A stretch of DNA of 42,550 nucleotides, taken from Holosporales bacterium (GTDB lineage: Bacteria > Pseudomonadota > Alphaproteobacteria > BNTO01). The notes beneath the pieces were generated by a model. It had not been told where the DNA came from. It was given only the letters and a program-made list of their open reading frames with translations, and searched no databases. Below are positions 9,564 through 18,844 of the stretch, one piece after another (position 1 is the first letter of the stretch; each line of letters starts with the position of its first letter). The stretch is from the NCBI GenBank assembly GCA_031273545.1, contig JAISRQ010000078.1, positions 1 to 42,550 of the forward strand. Direction: 5' to 3'. Position numbers and translations under genes: made by a program.

Positions 9564-10460
9564 GTGAAATCGGCGTTCGTTTTTTTAAGTGAATATTTGT
9601 TGTTGTCTAGCGCAGGAAATTGTGCGGATGGCGCAGCGTACGATCATGGCAATTTTACCACCCATTGTTATGCTGAGTTGCCCGGTTGTTCTAAACTTGA
9701 TAGCAATGTTGCCCATTGTGTTGTGAGTCCTTCGCCAGGGTTAATAAGGGATTTTCATGTAGATTTTTCTTCGCCTCCCCGTGCGCCTATGGTACCTGCG
9801 TCTATAGTTGGCACTTGCACAGAAAAGCTCCCCATGCGCAAAGTCGCAGAGTTCCCAGAAACTGAATTTACGAGTGCGTATGGGAAACTAACATTGGCTG
9901 CTGTTTCAGTGAAGGTCCCAGTCTCAGTGTATGAGCAACTTCACAACGACTCAAGCGTGCCAATCGAACACAGCAATTTGATGGACTCTTACAAGGCAGG
10001 GTTAAATATATGTAGTTACGAATTTACCGAAGAAGAATTTCCTGAAAAAGAATACACCGAATATCATATGAACTTAAGTAAGTGGTGTACGGCTGTGGAG
10101 TTGTGTTTAGTTGAACAAGGTTGTATTTACAAGGCAGGTTTTTTTCCGTGCTACAGTTTGACTGACATGAGGAATATTTGTAATAAATTGATTAAGTTTG
10201 AATGTGATGGTGACGAGAAAGAAATTTCTTCGCTCATCGCACATACAGCAGGTGTATACCTGAACGCCATGTATAGATGCGCAATAGGAATATGTCCCAA
10301 AAAGTCGAGCATATATAAGCTGCCTACGGAGGAGTTTTACAGAGAACACCCCACAGGGAATTATGTTTCTTGGTCTATAAAAAAGGCGTTCGAAAATGAT
10401 GAAGTGCGGGAATTTGTTTGTAAGTTAAACTCCATACCTTATTTTATGGAAGACGATTGA
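9564..10460 (+). CDS. Hypothetical Cys-rich protein (298 aa, GTG start) with a signal-peptide-like N-terminus.
   Basis: GAGGAAG lies upstream of GTG 9564. The ORF is long, has no better overlapping ORF, contains many Cys, and shows no motif I recognise. It is divergent from the PAAR-like gene. Confidence 0.5.
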   Translation: MKSAFVFLSEYLLLSSAGNCADGAAYDHGNFTTHCYAELPGCSKLDSNVAHCVVSPSPGLIRDFHVDFSSPPRAPMVPASIVGTCTEKLPMRKVAEFPETEFTSAYGKLTLAAVSVKVPVSVYEQLHNDSSVPIEHSNLMDSYKAGLNICSYEFTEEEFPEKEYTEYHMNLSKWCTAVELCLVEQGCIYKAGFFPCYSLTDMRNICNKLIKFECDGDEKEISSLIAHTAGVYLNAMYRCAIGICPKKSSIYKLPTEEFYREHPTGNYVSWSIKKAFENDEVREFVCKLNSIPYFMEDD

Positions 10461-10603
10461 TAGATAGGATGATATCGCGCGTGTTGGGGGTGATGTTGAC
10501 GTTTACAAAAAAAACATCACCTCATATATATTGTTTTTTCCTGCCACAATTTATACTCTTTATAAAGACTCAGCAAAATTGTTAACAAAAGGAAAAATTC
10601 CTT

Positions 10604-12004
10604 ATGTCGAGCTTAAGAAGCGTAAAAATCGTAGCAACCCTTGGTCCATCAAGCAACGACCCAGACACAATTCGCCAATTGTGCATTGCTGGGGTAAATG
10701 TATTTCGTTTGAACTTTTCTCACGGAACTCATGAAGATCACAAGCAATCCGTCATAAACATACGGGAAGCCGAAAAGCTTTCAGACCACCCAATTGCGAT
10801 AATGCTGGACCTTCAAGGACCAAAGCTTCGGATTGGAACATTCGAAAACAAAACAGTTCCACTTCAAATACACCAAAAATTTCAACTGGACTTAAATAAA
10901 ACCCCAGGAGACAACACACGTGTATACTTCGGATATCCCGAAATATTAAAGTCACTCATCCCCGGAACCGACATACTAATTGATGACGGCAAAGTCCTCC
11001 TTCGAGTAGACGAACTATATGAAGACCGCCTCATCGGGACAATCCAGTCTGGTAATGAAATCTCGGACCGCAAGGGCGTAAACCTCCCAAGCGTGTGCCT
11101 TTCCATTGATGCAATGACCCCAAAAGACGCAGAGGACCTCTCCTTTGGACTAGAGCTCGGCGTAGATTGGGTGGCCGTTTCCTTTGTGCAAAGCGCGGAT
11201 GATATAAAGCGTGCACGCGCCAAAGTGCCCAACTGGATAAAAATTATCGCAAAAATAGAAAAACCGCTTGCTATAAAAAACCTAAATGCAATAATCGACG
11301 CCGCAGACGGAATCATGGTTGCGCGCGGAGATCTTGGCGTGGAGGTCCCGTTGGAGCGCGTCCCAGGAATACAAAAACAAATATTGCAGGAATGTCACTA
11401 TTTGGGAAAGCCTGTAGTAGTTGCGACACAAATGTTGGACTCTATGGTAACTGCCCCAACACCTACGCGCGCAGAGGTGTCTGATGTTGCTAACGCTGTA
11501 TATGACGGAGCTGATGCTGTGATGCTGTCGGCGGAGTCAGCTTCGGGGCGTCACCCTGTTAAGGCAGTGCAAATCATGGACCGCATCATTCGCCAAGTCG
11601 AAAGCGATCCGCATTATTTGGAAAAATTGCGGTGCCCATTTGAAGAAAGCGTATGCTCAGCAATTACATCAGCCGTACCGGGGATAGTAAAGAGGTCAAA
11701 TGTTTCCGCAATAGCGACATTAGCATCAAGCGGAACAACAACGCTGCGCTTGTCTAGGGAGCGGCCAAATGCGCCAATTATCGCGTTAACGAGCGATAAC
11801 CATATTGCGCGGTATTTGTGTTTGGTGTGGGGCGTTTATGCGCTGCAGGTAAAAAATTTGAACTGCTCCAGTATTGAAGACTGGATACAAATGGTGCGAC
11901 GCATAATCTTAAATGAAAAAGTTGTGTCGTCAGGAAGTTATGTGCTCATCGTAGGCGGGCACGGGGATGCGCAGTCAGACTTTATTACTATCGTGGATTT
12001 GTAA
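10604..12004 (+). CDS. pyk: Pyruvate kinase.
   Basis: 'KIVATLGPSS', 'FRLNFSHG', 'MVARGDLGVE', 'TQMLDSM'. 466 aa. Confidence 0.95.
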   Translation: MSSLRSVKIVATLGPSSNDPDTIRQLCIAGVNVFRLNFSHGTHEDHKQSVINIREAEKLSDHPIAIMLDLQGPKLRIGTFENKTVPLQIHQKFQLDLNKTPGDNTRVYFGYPEILKSLIPGTDILIDDGKVLLRVDELYEDRLIGTIQSGNEISDRKGVNLPSVCLSIDAMTPKDAEDLSFGLELGVDWVAVSFVQSADDIKRARAKVPNWIKIIAKIEKPLAIKNLNAIIDAADGIMVARGDLGVEVPLERVPGIQKQILQECHYLGKPVVVATQMLDSMVTAPTPTRAEVSDVANAVYDGADAVMLSAESASGRHPVKAVQIMDRIIRQVESDPHYLEKLRCPFEESVCSAITSAVPGIVKRSNVSAIATLASSGTTTLRLSRERPNAPIIALTSDNHIARYLCLVWGVYALQVKNLNCSSIEDWIQMVRRIILNEKVVSSGSYVLIVGGHGDAQSDFITIVDL

Positions 12005-12023
12005 GAGAGCGCTGAAATCGTAT

Positions 12024-12103
12024 TAAGAACCTGTTATCATTCTGAGTGGCGTTTCGACACCGAAGAAATCTATCTATTTAATAGACACGCAAGCAGGTTC
12101 TTA
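12024..12103. repeat. 10-bp inverted repeat (taagaacctg / caggttctta) with a 60-nt spacer, between convergent pyk and hslV.
   Basis: Arms at 12024-12033 and 12094-12103. It could be a bidirectional termination structure or a relic element. Confidence 0.3.
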
Positions 12104-12150
12104 GAAAATCCATTTTTTATTATACTCTTTGCAATAAATGTTTAAGATAT

Positions 12151-12708
12151 TCAGATTACTATCTTCTCTATAACAAACTGGTTATTTGTATAAATACATA
12201 ATTCGCTTGCTATCTTTAAAGCCGAATTCGCGATTTGCTCTGCATCATAATCCGTGTGTGCCGACAGTGCTCGTGCTGCAGCCAAAGCAAACACGCTCCC
12301 CGACCCAATCGACATAATGCCGTCTTCTGGTTCAAGGACATCGCCAACACCTGTTATAGTGAAAGAATGTTGACGATCCGCTACAAGCATCATCGATTCC
12401 AGTTTCCTTAAATATTTATCCGTCCTGTAGTCTTTTACAAGTTCGACACATGCTCGCATAAGTTGGTTCGAATACTTTTCCAGGTTCGCTTCAAGCCGTT
12501 CCAGCAAAGTGAATGCGTCCGCCGTTGCCCCTGCAAACCCAACAATTATATCGCCATTGCCAATCCTCCTGACCTTTTTGGCTGAAGATTTTATTACGTG
12601 CGCCCCAAGCGTGACCTGCCCATCCCCTGCGATGACGACAGTGTTCCCTTTGCGCACAGAAACGATTGTTGTTCCGTAAAGCTTTGGATAATTATCTGTA
12701 TGTTCCAT
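12151..12708 (-). CDS. hslV: ATP-dependent protease subunit HslV.
   Basis: '[22 protein letters not shown]' (N-terminal Thr nucleophile after a short propeptide) and '[14 protein letters not shown]'. 185 aa. Confidence 0.9.
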   Translation of the reverse strand: MEHTDNYPKLYGTTIVSVRKGNTVVIAGDGQVTLGAHVIKSSAKKVRRIGNGDIIVGFAGATADAFTLLERLEANLEKYSNQLMRACVELVKDYRTDKYLRKLESMMLVADRQHSFTITGVGDVLEPEDGIMSIGSGSVFALAAARALSAHTDYDAEQIANSALKIASELCIYTNNQFVIEKIVI

Positions 12709-12803
12709 TTATTGTCCTTTTATTACAATCTCACCCACTTAATATAACCTAGCGCATCACACATAACATACTTCTTCGTATATTCATCTCACATATTCTC
12801 TTT

Positions 12804-13265
12804 TTATTGTGTCTCTTCCTCTTCTCCTGTTTCTTTTGAGCTGTTTATTTTTAACAATTCATCAATACGTTCAGCTACTGCGAAGCTCGAGTCTATCTCA
12901 AAGTGAAAATTCGGAACAATTCTCATTTTAGATTGATGAGCAAAAACTTTCCGGATTAGCGGGGTTGCTGTCTCAAAATAATTGAGGATAACCTCAGCAT
13001 TATCATGCTCGCCTGCATGAAGGACATTACTTGCCAGCGGCATCAAAAACACCTTACACTCGCGCAAATCCCCAGAAATGTGCACTCCTGTGACGGTAAT
13101 AATCCCAGGAAACGGAATTAACTTCTTATCCTTATCAAAAACCGGAGGGATATCTTGGCGCTGAAATATGTCAGCCAAAATGGCGCGAACCTCTTTTTCC
13201 ACGCGCTTTACTCGCGGCAATGGAGCACGCGCTGGCACGAACAAATTTAATTGACTACTTGGCAT
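12804..13265 (-). CDS. rbfA: Ribosome-binding factor A.
   Basis: 'RVKRVEKEVRAILADIF', 'ITVTGVHISGDLRECKVF', and an acidic tail. Size is consistent with RbfA. Confidence 0.75.
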   Translation of the reverse strand: MPSSQLNLFVPARAPLPRVKRVEKEVRAILADIFQRQDIPPVFDKDKKLIPFPGIITVTGVHISGDLRECKVFLMPLASNVLHAGEHDNAEVILNYFETATPLIRKVFAHQSKMRIVPNFHFEIDSSFAVAERIDELLKINSSKETGEEEETQ

Positions 13266-13361
13266 GGAGCGACCTTAAATTAAGCTCCCGAATACTTGTT
13301 TGTAACATTTTTAGGAGATTTTTGCTACACTCTCCTGGGGAAGCGGGCCAATGAAGATCTC

Positions 13362-14729
13362 GTGAAAATCATAGTTCTTGGTGTCGGAAATATTGGCTAT
13401 AACATAGCTAAACACTTGGTTTCATCCGAAAACGAGATAACTATAGTTGACCATGATAGAAGTCGCCTCAGTGAGGTAAGCAACATTCTTGATGTGCGCC
13501 CGGTGTTTGGGTATGCGTCTCACCCGAGCACACTGGAGCAAGCCGGCGCTGAGCAAGCGGATATATTAATTGCAGTCACAAATGTGGATGAAGTTAACTT
13601 AATTGCATGTGAAGTAGTACATTCTTTATTTGATATTGAAACGAAGATTGCAAGAGTAAGACAACAAAATTACTTTGAAGATAAATATAGGCTGACGTTG
13701 TTTCAACCGAACAATATTTCCATTGACTATCTCATCTCCCCGGAAATAGAAATAGCGCGGTCAATCAGTAAAAGTATAAAGATAAACGGGACATCCGATG
13801 TTGCAGACTTGTGTGACCAAATAAAACTAATAAGTGTTCGTTGTTTGGATTCTTCTCCTGTAATAAATACTCCGTTGCGAGTTCTGTCAAATTTATATCC
13901 GCTGTTGTCTATGTGCATTGTAGCGATTCAGCGTCAAGAACAAACGATAATTCCAAATATAAACGATGTAATTACGCCGAACGATCAAGTTTACATTGTA
14001 ATAAAAGAGCAACAAGCTCGCGAAGTTATGGCGGCGTTTGGTTACACAGAACAAGCCCGCAGACGCGTGACCATTGCTGGGTGCGGAAATATTGGAAGGA
14101 CGCTTGGAAAAGAAATTGAACAGGCCCTCCCCGATGTACAGCTAAAAGTTATAGAAAAAGACCCCGTTTGCTCTGAATTGGGCTCAAAACTACTTAAACA
14201 TGCGGAAATCTTAAGTGGGGACGCCCTCGATTCGGATATTTTGCGTGAGGCGGAAATTCAGCATTGCGATACATTTATCGCAGTAACGGATGATGATAAC
14301 ACAAACGTGATGGCGGCTCTTTTGGCCAAATACTATGGTGCTTCACGTGGGATATCTTTGCTGGATGATATGCAAAATGCCCAGTTTGTGACATCCCTTG
14401 GAGTGGATTCGATAGTAAATCAGAACGCAATTACGGTGTCCACGGTACTGAAGGCAATTCGTCAACATAAAGTGCGCTCGCTATATGCGATTGAAGGCGG
14501 GGTGGAAGTGCTGGAGGTTTGCGTAAGTGAATCAAGCAATATTGTTGGCATGTCAATTGAGGACATAGTCATGCCAAATCAGGTATTAATTGCACTGCTT
14601 AAGCGCTCAGATGAAGTTCACGTTGCACCGGAAAAATTTATTATAAGCGTAAATGATTACCTCATTTTCGCCGTATCAAAGGAAATGGTAAACAAGGTAG
14701 AGAGACTCGTTTCAGGAAGATACATTTGA
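13362..14729 (+). CDS. trkA: Potassium uptake protein TrkA (two RCK/NAD-binding repeats). I place the start at GTG 13362 rather than the ORF-track TTG 13296.
   Basis: GTG-AAA-ATC-ATA-GTT-CTT-GGT gives 'MKIIVLGVGNIG', the usual TrkA N-terminus. A second Rossmann motif 'VTIAGCGNIGRTLG' is present. The product is 455 aa. Confidence 0.85.
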   Translation: MKIIVLGVGNIGYNIAKHLVSSENEITIVDHDRSRLSEVSNILDVRPVFGYASHPSTLEQAGAEQADILIAVTNVDEVNLIACEVVHSLFDIETKIARVRQQNYFEDKYRLTLFQPNNISIDYLISPEIEIARSISKSIKINGTSDVADLCDQIKLISVRCLDSSPVINTPLRVLSNLYPLLSMCIVAIQRQEQTIIPNINDVITPNDQVYIVIKEQQAREVMAAFGYTEQARRRVTIAGCGNIGRTLGKEIEQALPDVQLKVIEKDPVCSELGSKLLKHAEILSGDALDSDILREAEIQHCDTFIAVTDDDNTNVMAALLAKYYGASRGISLLDDMQNAQFVTSLGVDSIVNQNAITVSTVLKAIRQHKVRSLYAIEGGVEVLEVCVSESSNIVGMSIEDIVMPNQVLIALLKRSDEVHVAPEKFIISVNDYLIFAVSKEMVNKVERLVSGRYI

Positions 14730-14867
14730 GGCGCAAAAAACAAGAAATAAAAATAAGAAATTTTATTGCCTTGTCGTATTGCAAAAAAAAAAAACTACAC
14801 TATCAACATCAAAAATCTTTTATTTATAAAATTAAACAGCTTACGCCAGGAGTCCCTACCTTTGAAA

Positions 14868-14960
14868 GCCCTGTTCCCCCCAAAAGATTACGAATTTTTT
14901 CAAAACAAGCGCCTATGATTTGTCAGTTTATTGTTCGCAATACTTTTGGGCCCCCGGCAT
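14868..14960 (-). repeat. Family B palindromic element, copy B0.
   Basis: CCCCCCAAAAGATTACGAA...CAAGCGCC...TTCGCAATACTTTTGGGCCCCCGGCAT matches the reverse complement of the consensus. It lies between the convergent trkA and Sel1 genes. Confidence 0.75.
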
Positions 14961-15028
14961 CTAATCAAGAACCACATCTACGCCCTGTCTAAAAAGGGAC
15001 AGCAGGAATATTTTTTATAGTTTTATTT

Positions 15029-15817
15029 TTATTCATTTTCTATTTCTTTCTCAATTTCGGCCAACCATCTATTTGCTTGTTTTTCACTCTTTATTAAATT
15101 CAATCCTTCCCTCGCAAGATACTTAGCAAACTTACCACCACCAAATCCCTCCAATACATTCAAAAAACAACGCCTAGCAGAGCCAAAATCTTGCTCTACT
15201 CCTATTCCACTTGCAAGACATACTCCATACAAATAACAACCAAAAATATCATTTTGTTTTGATGACACAACTTGCGTACAAAAGCTCACATCTTCTCCAT
15301 TTGATTCAGCCCTATTCATTTCATCTATTATACCATTTAAAAATCTTATACACCTGCGATGCAAACCTTGATCGTGATACGCCTTCGCAACAGCGAGACT
15401 GTTGTCTATTACAGCACGTACACCTATCCTATAACAAGATTCGTTTTCAAGCGCTCCTTTTTCTTGCAATGTCTCGGCTTCTTTTTTTATGTTTCGAAAA
15501 ATTCTCATAGCCCCATCTAAATCTTGACCTACTCCAACCCCCTCTGTCAAACACAAACCGTACAAACACAAACAAGCAGGACTTTCTTTCATACAAGACC
15601 CATTCTGATGTATGAGACGAAGTGTATCTTCTTTACAATTACGCAAACCTTCACGAAAACTTTCAATTTGACAATAAAGACTATCAGAAAAAGCCCTATC
15701 CATTCTTTCTGCTTGTCTTAATGTAGCAGCAGTCATTTCGCCTAAAGACATAAAAGCCAACGAAAGACACAATATTTTACCAAAAGAATTCCTTAAATCA
15801 CTAAAAAACATCATCAT
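15029..15817 (-). CDS. Secreted Sel1-like repeat protein. The start is probably one of three consecutive ATGs at 15817, 15814 and 15811.
   Basis: 'GLCLTEGVGVGQDLDGAMRIF' and 'GVCLASGIGVEQDFGSARRCF' are Sel1-type repeats. AAGGAGA lies directly upstream of ATGATGATG, followed by a signal-like 'MMMFFSDLRNSFGKILCLSLAFMSLG'. The 50 extra N-terminal codons in the ORF track are read through repeat B1. Confidence 0.7.
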   Translation of the reverse strand: MMMFFSDLRNSFGKILCLSLAFMSLGEMTAATLRQAERMDRAFSDSLYCQIESFREGLRNCKEDTLRLIHQNGSCMKESPACLCLYGLCLTEGVGVGQDLDGAMRIFRNIKKEAETLQEKGALENESCYRIGVRAVIDNSLAVAKAYHDQGLHRRCIRFLNGIIDEMNRAESNGEDVSFCTQVVSSKQNDIFGCYLYGVCLASGIGVEQDFGSARRCFLNVLEGFGGGKFAKYLAREGLNLIKSEKQANRWLAEIEKEIENE

Positions 15818-15886
15818 TCTCCTTAAAAAAATTACAAAATCAACACACATTGGATTCAAAATGAATACAAACCTCAATAAAGAAGA

Positions 15887-15983
15887 TATATACCGGGGCC
15901 CCCAAAGATTGCGGGCCAGAAAATGAATAATTGTAAGCGTTTGACCGCCTAAAAAAACCGTAATCATTTGGGGAGTGGGTATA
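15887..15983 (+). repeat. Family B palindromic element, copy B1 (reference copy).
   Basis: TATACCGGGGCCCCCAAAGATTGCGGGCCAGAAAATGAATAATTGTAAGCGTTTGACCGCCTAAAAAAACCGTAATCATTTGGGGAGTGGGTATA. It matches the reverse complement of B2 at 89 of 90 positions. Confidence 0.9.
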
Positions 15984-16132
15984 ATCGCTTATTTGCTAAA
16001 AAAAACATAATCACCTGGGTAAACAAATTCTAAGCACTAAATCAACACTAAGAACCTGCACATCGCTTTATTTTTCAACACTCGACAAAACTATATGCTC
16101 GACAACAAAAAACGACACTTACAAAAAATAAC

Positions 16133-17338
16133 TTACTCAACTATCCCCCATGGAATCATTGGATTGACATTATGTTTCAAGTGCTCCAAACGTGCATAAA
16201 CGGAACGACGTCTATATTTAGCATCCAAATGATACCTGGCACCCATACCAAGCACAAAATCAAAGTGCGCCAAAGCATTTTCAAAATCAAAAGGAGAAAT
16301 CCCCAGGTAAGAATACAAGCACGCCATTTCATAATGCAGAATTGCAACATCCGCGTCATCTAAAAATGACAAATCTAATGAATTATCCACAAAATCAACA
16401 AGCCTACCTAAGTACGACTTCAAATCATTACTCAACCTTTTCGCTGAAACACCTAGAAAACTTCTTGCGACAGAAACAGCAGCAGCACGACGCAAAGAAT
16501 CACAACAAAGAGTATTTACCTTGTCGATGTATTTTTCCTTATCTTCATCACTCAAATTAAAATAACCATCTACCTTATCACCATTAATAATTCCATCAAA
16601 GCTATTACGAGCTCTCTTACTTCCAAGAATTACAGCATTCACCAAATCCTCGATTTTACAAGAAGAACTCTGTGATTTGTTAAAAATTGATCTCTCTAAT
16701 GCTGTTGTCGCATTTTTTATGATCTGATTCTCATATGCTAAACGAGCACGACGACATTCATTCAAAATACTATTTGCAATCGCTCTCATTTCTGCATTTT
16801 TTTTAAACTTCCCCTTATTATGAACAAAAATGAAGAAAGGTACATTCTTTTCTTTACATTTTTTTATAATAAAATTTAATATCGTCTCACCTTGCTGTAT
16901 ATCTTGTTCTCTTCCAACCCCCTCAAAGCAGCAACGTCCCAAAACATAACCACAATGCAGATTACCTTTTTGAAAAAGTTCCTTACAACGTGCAACCCCT
17001 CTTTCAATATTTTCTTCGCCGTTCTTTAATTTATTAAAATAAGAATCTGCTTCTTTTATTGTAGATAAAAAAGACACATCTGAAGAATCAAGTAAACTCA
17101 AATCAACACCTGAAGAATCAGATGAACTTGATTGACTCAAGATCCCAGGACCACCATTCACTGCACTAGGAGTGCTTGCTACAACAATATTCCCTCCACA
17201 ACAAGAAACAATAGCCAGAGAAAAGTACGAAACCCTACAAAACAAAGTCTTAAAAATATGTGATAACATATAAAAACTCAAAACGAAGCACACCTGTATT
17301 ATTATATACAAAAAAGCACTCACAAAATCAACCACCAT
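16133..17338 (-). CDS. Hypothetical secreted or membrane protein with at least one Sel1-like repeat (401 aa; an alternative start exists at Met24, 17269).
   Basis: Hydrophobic N-terminus and 'GYVLGRCCFEGVGREQDIQQGETI'. It sits next to another Sel1 gene on the same strand. Confidence 0.55.
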   Translation of the reverse strand: MVVDFVSAFLYIIIQVCFVLSFYMLSHIFKTLFCRVSYFSLAIVSCCGGNIVVASTPSAVNGGPGILSQSSSSDSSGVDLSLLDSSDVSFLSTIKEADSYFNKLKNGEENIERGVARCKELFQKGNLHCGYVLGRCCFEGVGREQDIQQGETILNFIIKKCKEKNVPFFIFVHNKGKFKKNAEMRAIANSILNECRRARLAYENQIIKNATTALERSIFNKSQSSSCKIEDLVNAVILGSKRARNSFDGIINGDKVDGYFNLSDEDKEKYIDKVNTLCCDSLRRAAAVSVARSFLGVSAKRLSNDLKSYLGRLVDFVDNSLDLSFLDDADVAILHYEMACLYSYLGISPFDFENALAHFDFVLGMGARYHLDAKYRRRSVYARLEHLKHNVNPMIPWGIVE

Positions 17339-17395
17339 CTACAAAAAAAATAAAATACTCGCACTTTTCACATGAAAAACTTACCATACACTAGC

Positions 17396-17435
17396 CTATC
17401 AACAATATGAGCAGCACCAAGCGCCGCTGCCTTAC
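17396..17435 (-). pseudogene. ~40-nt fragment duplicating the 3' coding end of asd.
   Basis: ctatcaacaatatgagcagcaccaagcgccgctgccttac compared with asd 17519-17559 cttatcaacaatctgaacagcattaagcgccgcccccttac. Confidence 0.4.
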
Positions 17436-17485
17436 CTTTAGCACTTCCCCTGCTTTTCTTCGAATTCCCCCTTTTTTTAACAACC

Positions 17486-18505
17486 TTACCCCTTCCTCAA
17501 CATGCCAAACTCCACAAGCTTATCAACAATCTGAACAGCATTAAGCGCCGCCCCCTTACGAATATTGTCGCTCACAACCCACATCTGATACCACCTCTGG
17601 CGATACGGATCCTTGCGCAAGCGGCTAACATACACGTCGTCATCCCCCTCAATGTCCAGCGGAGTCACGTACGAGTTCCTCTTGAGAGTAACCCCAGGAA
17701 AGTCATTTAACGCCACTTCTAGCTCCACCAACGGAACATCGTGGGTCAGCTCTAACGTAACTGCCTCACTGTGCCCACGGACCACAGGAACGCGAACACA
17801 CGTCGCAAAAACATCAACACTATGCTGCAGTATCTTTTGCGTCTCCATAACCATCTTCCATTCTTCTTTTGTTTCTCCTGTTGGCAAAAAAACATCTATC
17901 TGAGGAATAACATTGTAAGCAATTGGGCAAGGAAAACGTTCAACAGTTTGATCCCCTGCGATTTGCTTTCGCAGTTCTAACTCAGCCAACCTTCCTGCTC
18001 CTGAAACAGATTGATACGTAGATACAATGACTGTGCGTAACCTGGAAACGCGATCAATCGGCTGCAACGCCATAAGCATTTGTATTGTAGAGCAATTGGG
18101 GTTCGCAATTATGTTCCGCTTGGCTTGCTTTATGGTGGACGCATTTATTTCCGGTATAACCAAAGGAACATCCGGGTCCATGCGAAAAAATGACGTATTA
18201 TCAACAACCCAACACCCAAGAGCAGCAGCTTTCGGCGCAAAAACAGACGACACCTTTGCCCCAGGTGAAAATAAGCCAACCTGACATTGAGAAAAATCGA
18301 ATGAATCCAAGTCATGAAGGGTTAATTGCGCATCGCCATATTGCAGAGTTTTTCCGATGGAACGTTCTGATGCTATAACGAAAATATTGCCATAGGGAAC
18401 ATTTCTTTCATGCAATATCTTTAAAAATTCTTGACCAACATTTCCTGTTGCGCCAACGATGGCAAACTTAATTTCTGAAAAAGGTAACATACTGGGTAAC
18501 TCCAT
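17486..18505 (-). CDS. asd: Aspartate-semialdehyde dehydrogenase. A start at ATG 18490, with GGAG 9 nt upstream, is plausible.
   Basis: 'KFAIVGATGNVGQ', 'IANPNCSTI', 'STYQSVSGAG'. About 335-339 aa. Confidence 0.9.
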   Translation of the reverse strand: MELPSMLPFSEIKFAIVGATGNVGQEFLKILHERNVPYGNIFVIASERSIGKTLQYGDAQLTLHDLDSFDFSQCQVGLFSPGAKVSSVFAPKAAALGCWVVDNTSFFRMDPDVPLVIPEINASTIKQAKRNIIANPNCSTIQMLMALQPIDRVSRLRTVIVSTYQSVSGAGRLAELELRKQIAGDQTVERFPCPIAYNVIPQIDVFLPTGETKEEWKMVMETQKILQHSVDVFATCVRVPVVRGHSEAVTLELTHDVPLVELEVALNDFPGVTLKRNSYVTPLDIEGDDDVYVSRLRKDPYRQRWYQMWVVSDNIRKGAALNAVQIVDKLVEFGMLRKG

Positions 18506-18589
18506 AAAATAATATAATTTATATATATAATATTTTGTTGTTGTTGTTGTACCCTGTTGATAACGTTGGTAAGTTTTTTATAAACAGGG

Positions 18590-18786
18590 TTATCCACATT
18601 TTAGGGTTAGCCTGTTTCTTTGTTTTTGATTAGTTATCCACAGACTGTTTGTAAACTTTTGATCTGTGGAGTGTTTCTTGTTAAAGCTGTGAAAAGTACG
18701 AAGTTGTTCACAGTTTTGATTTTTTCGATATTTTCAACAAAGTTTTGTATGAGTTATCATGCATGTTATCCACAGAGTTATTCACA
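18590..18786 (+). promoter_or_regulatory. DnaA-box cluster (candidate oriC or another DnaA-binding locus).
   Basis: Perfect TTATCCACA at 18590-18598, 18634-18642 and 18766-18774. TTATTCACA at 18778-18786 and TTGTTCACA at 18704-18712. All are in the same orientation. An AT-rich tract at 18506-18550 and the hairpin accctgtt/aacagggt at 18551-18590 lie alongside. Confidence 0.55.
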
Positions 18787-18844
18787 CGTATGTTTTGTTG
18801 AAAATATTGCGTACCTAAACCACTTCGTATTTGACTAGCTATTC

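Noticed and set aside
12024-16060. Possible third repeat family, based on the shared 12-mer ctaagaacctgc (reverse strand at 12094-12105 and forward strand at 16049-16060).
   Set aside because: The similarity does not extend beyond about 12 nt by eye. That is too little to call a family without a genome-wide search.
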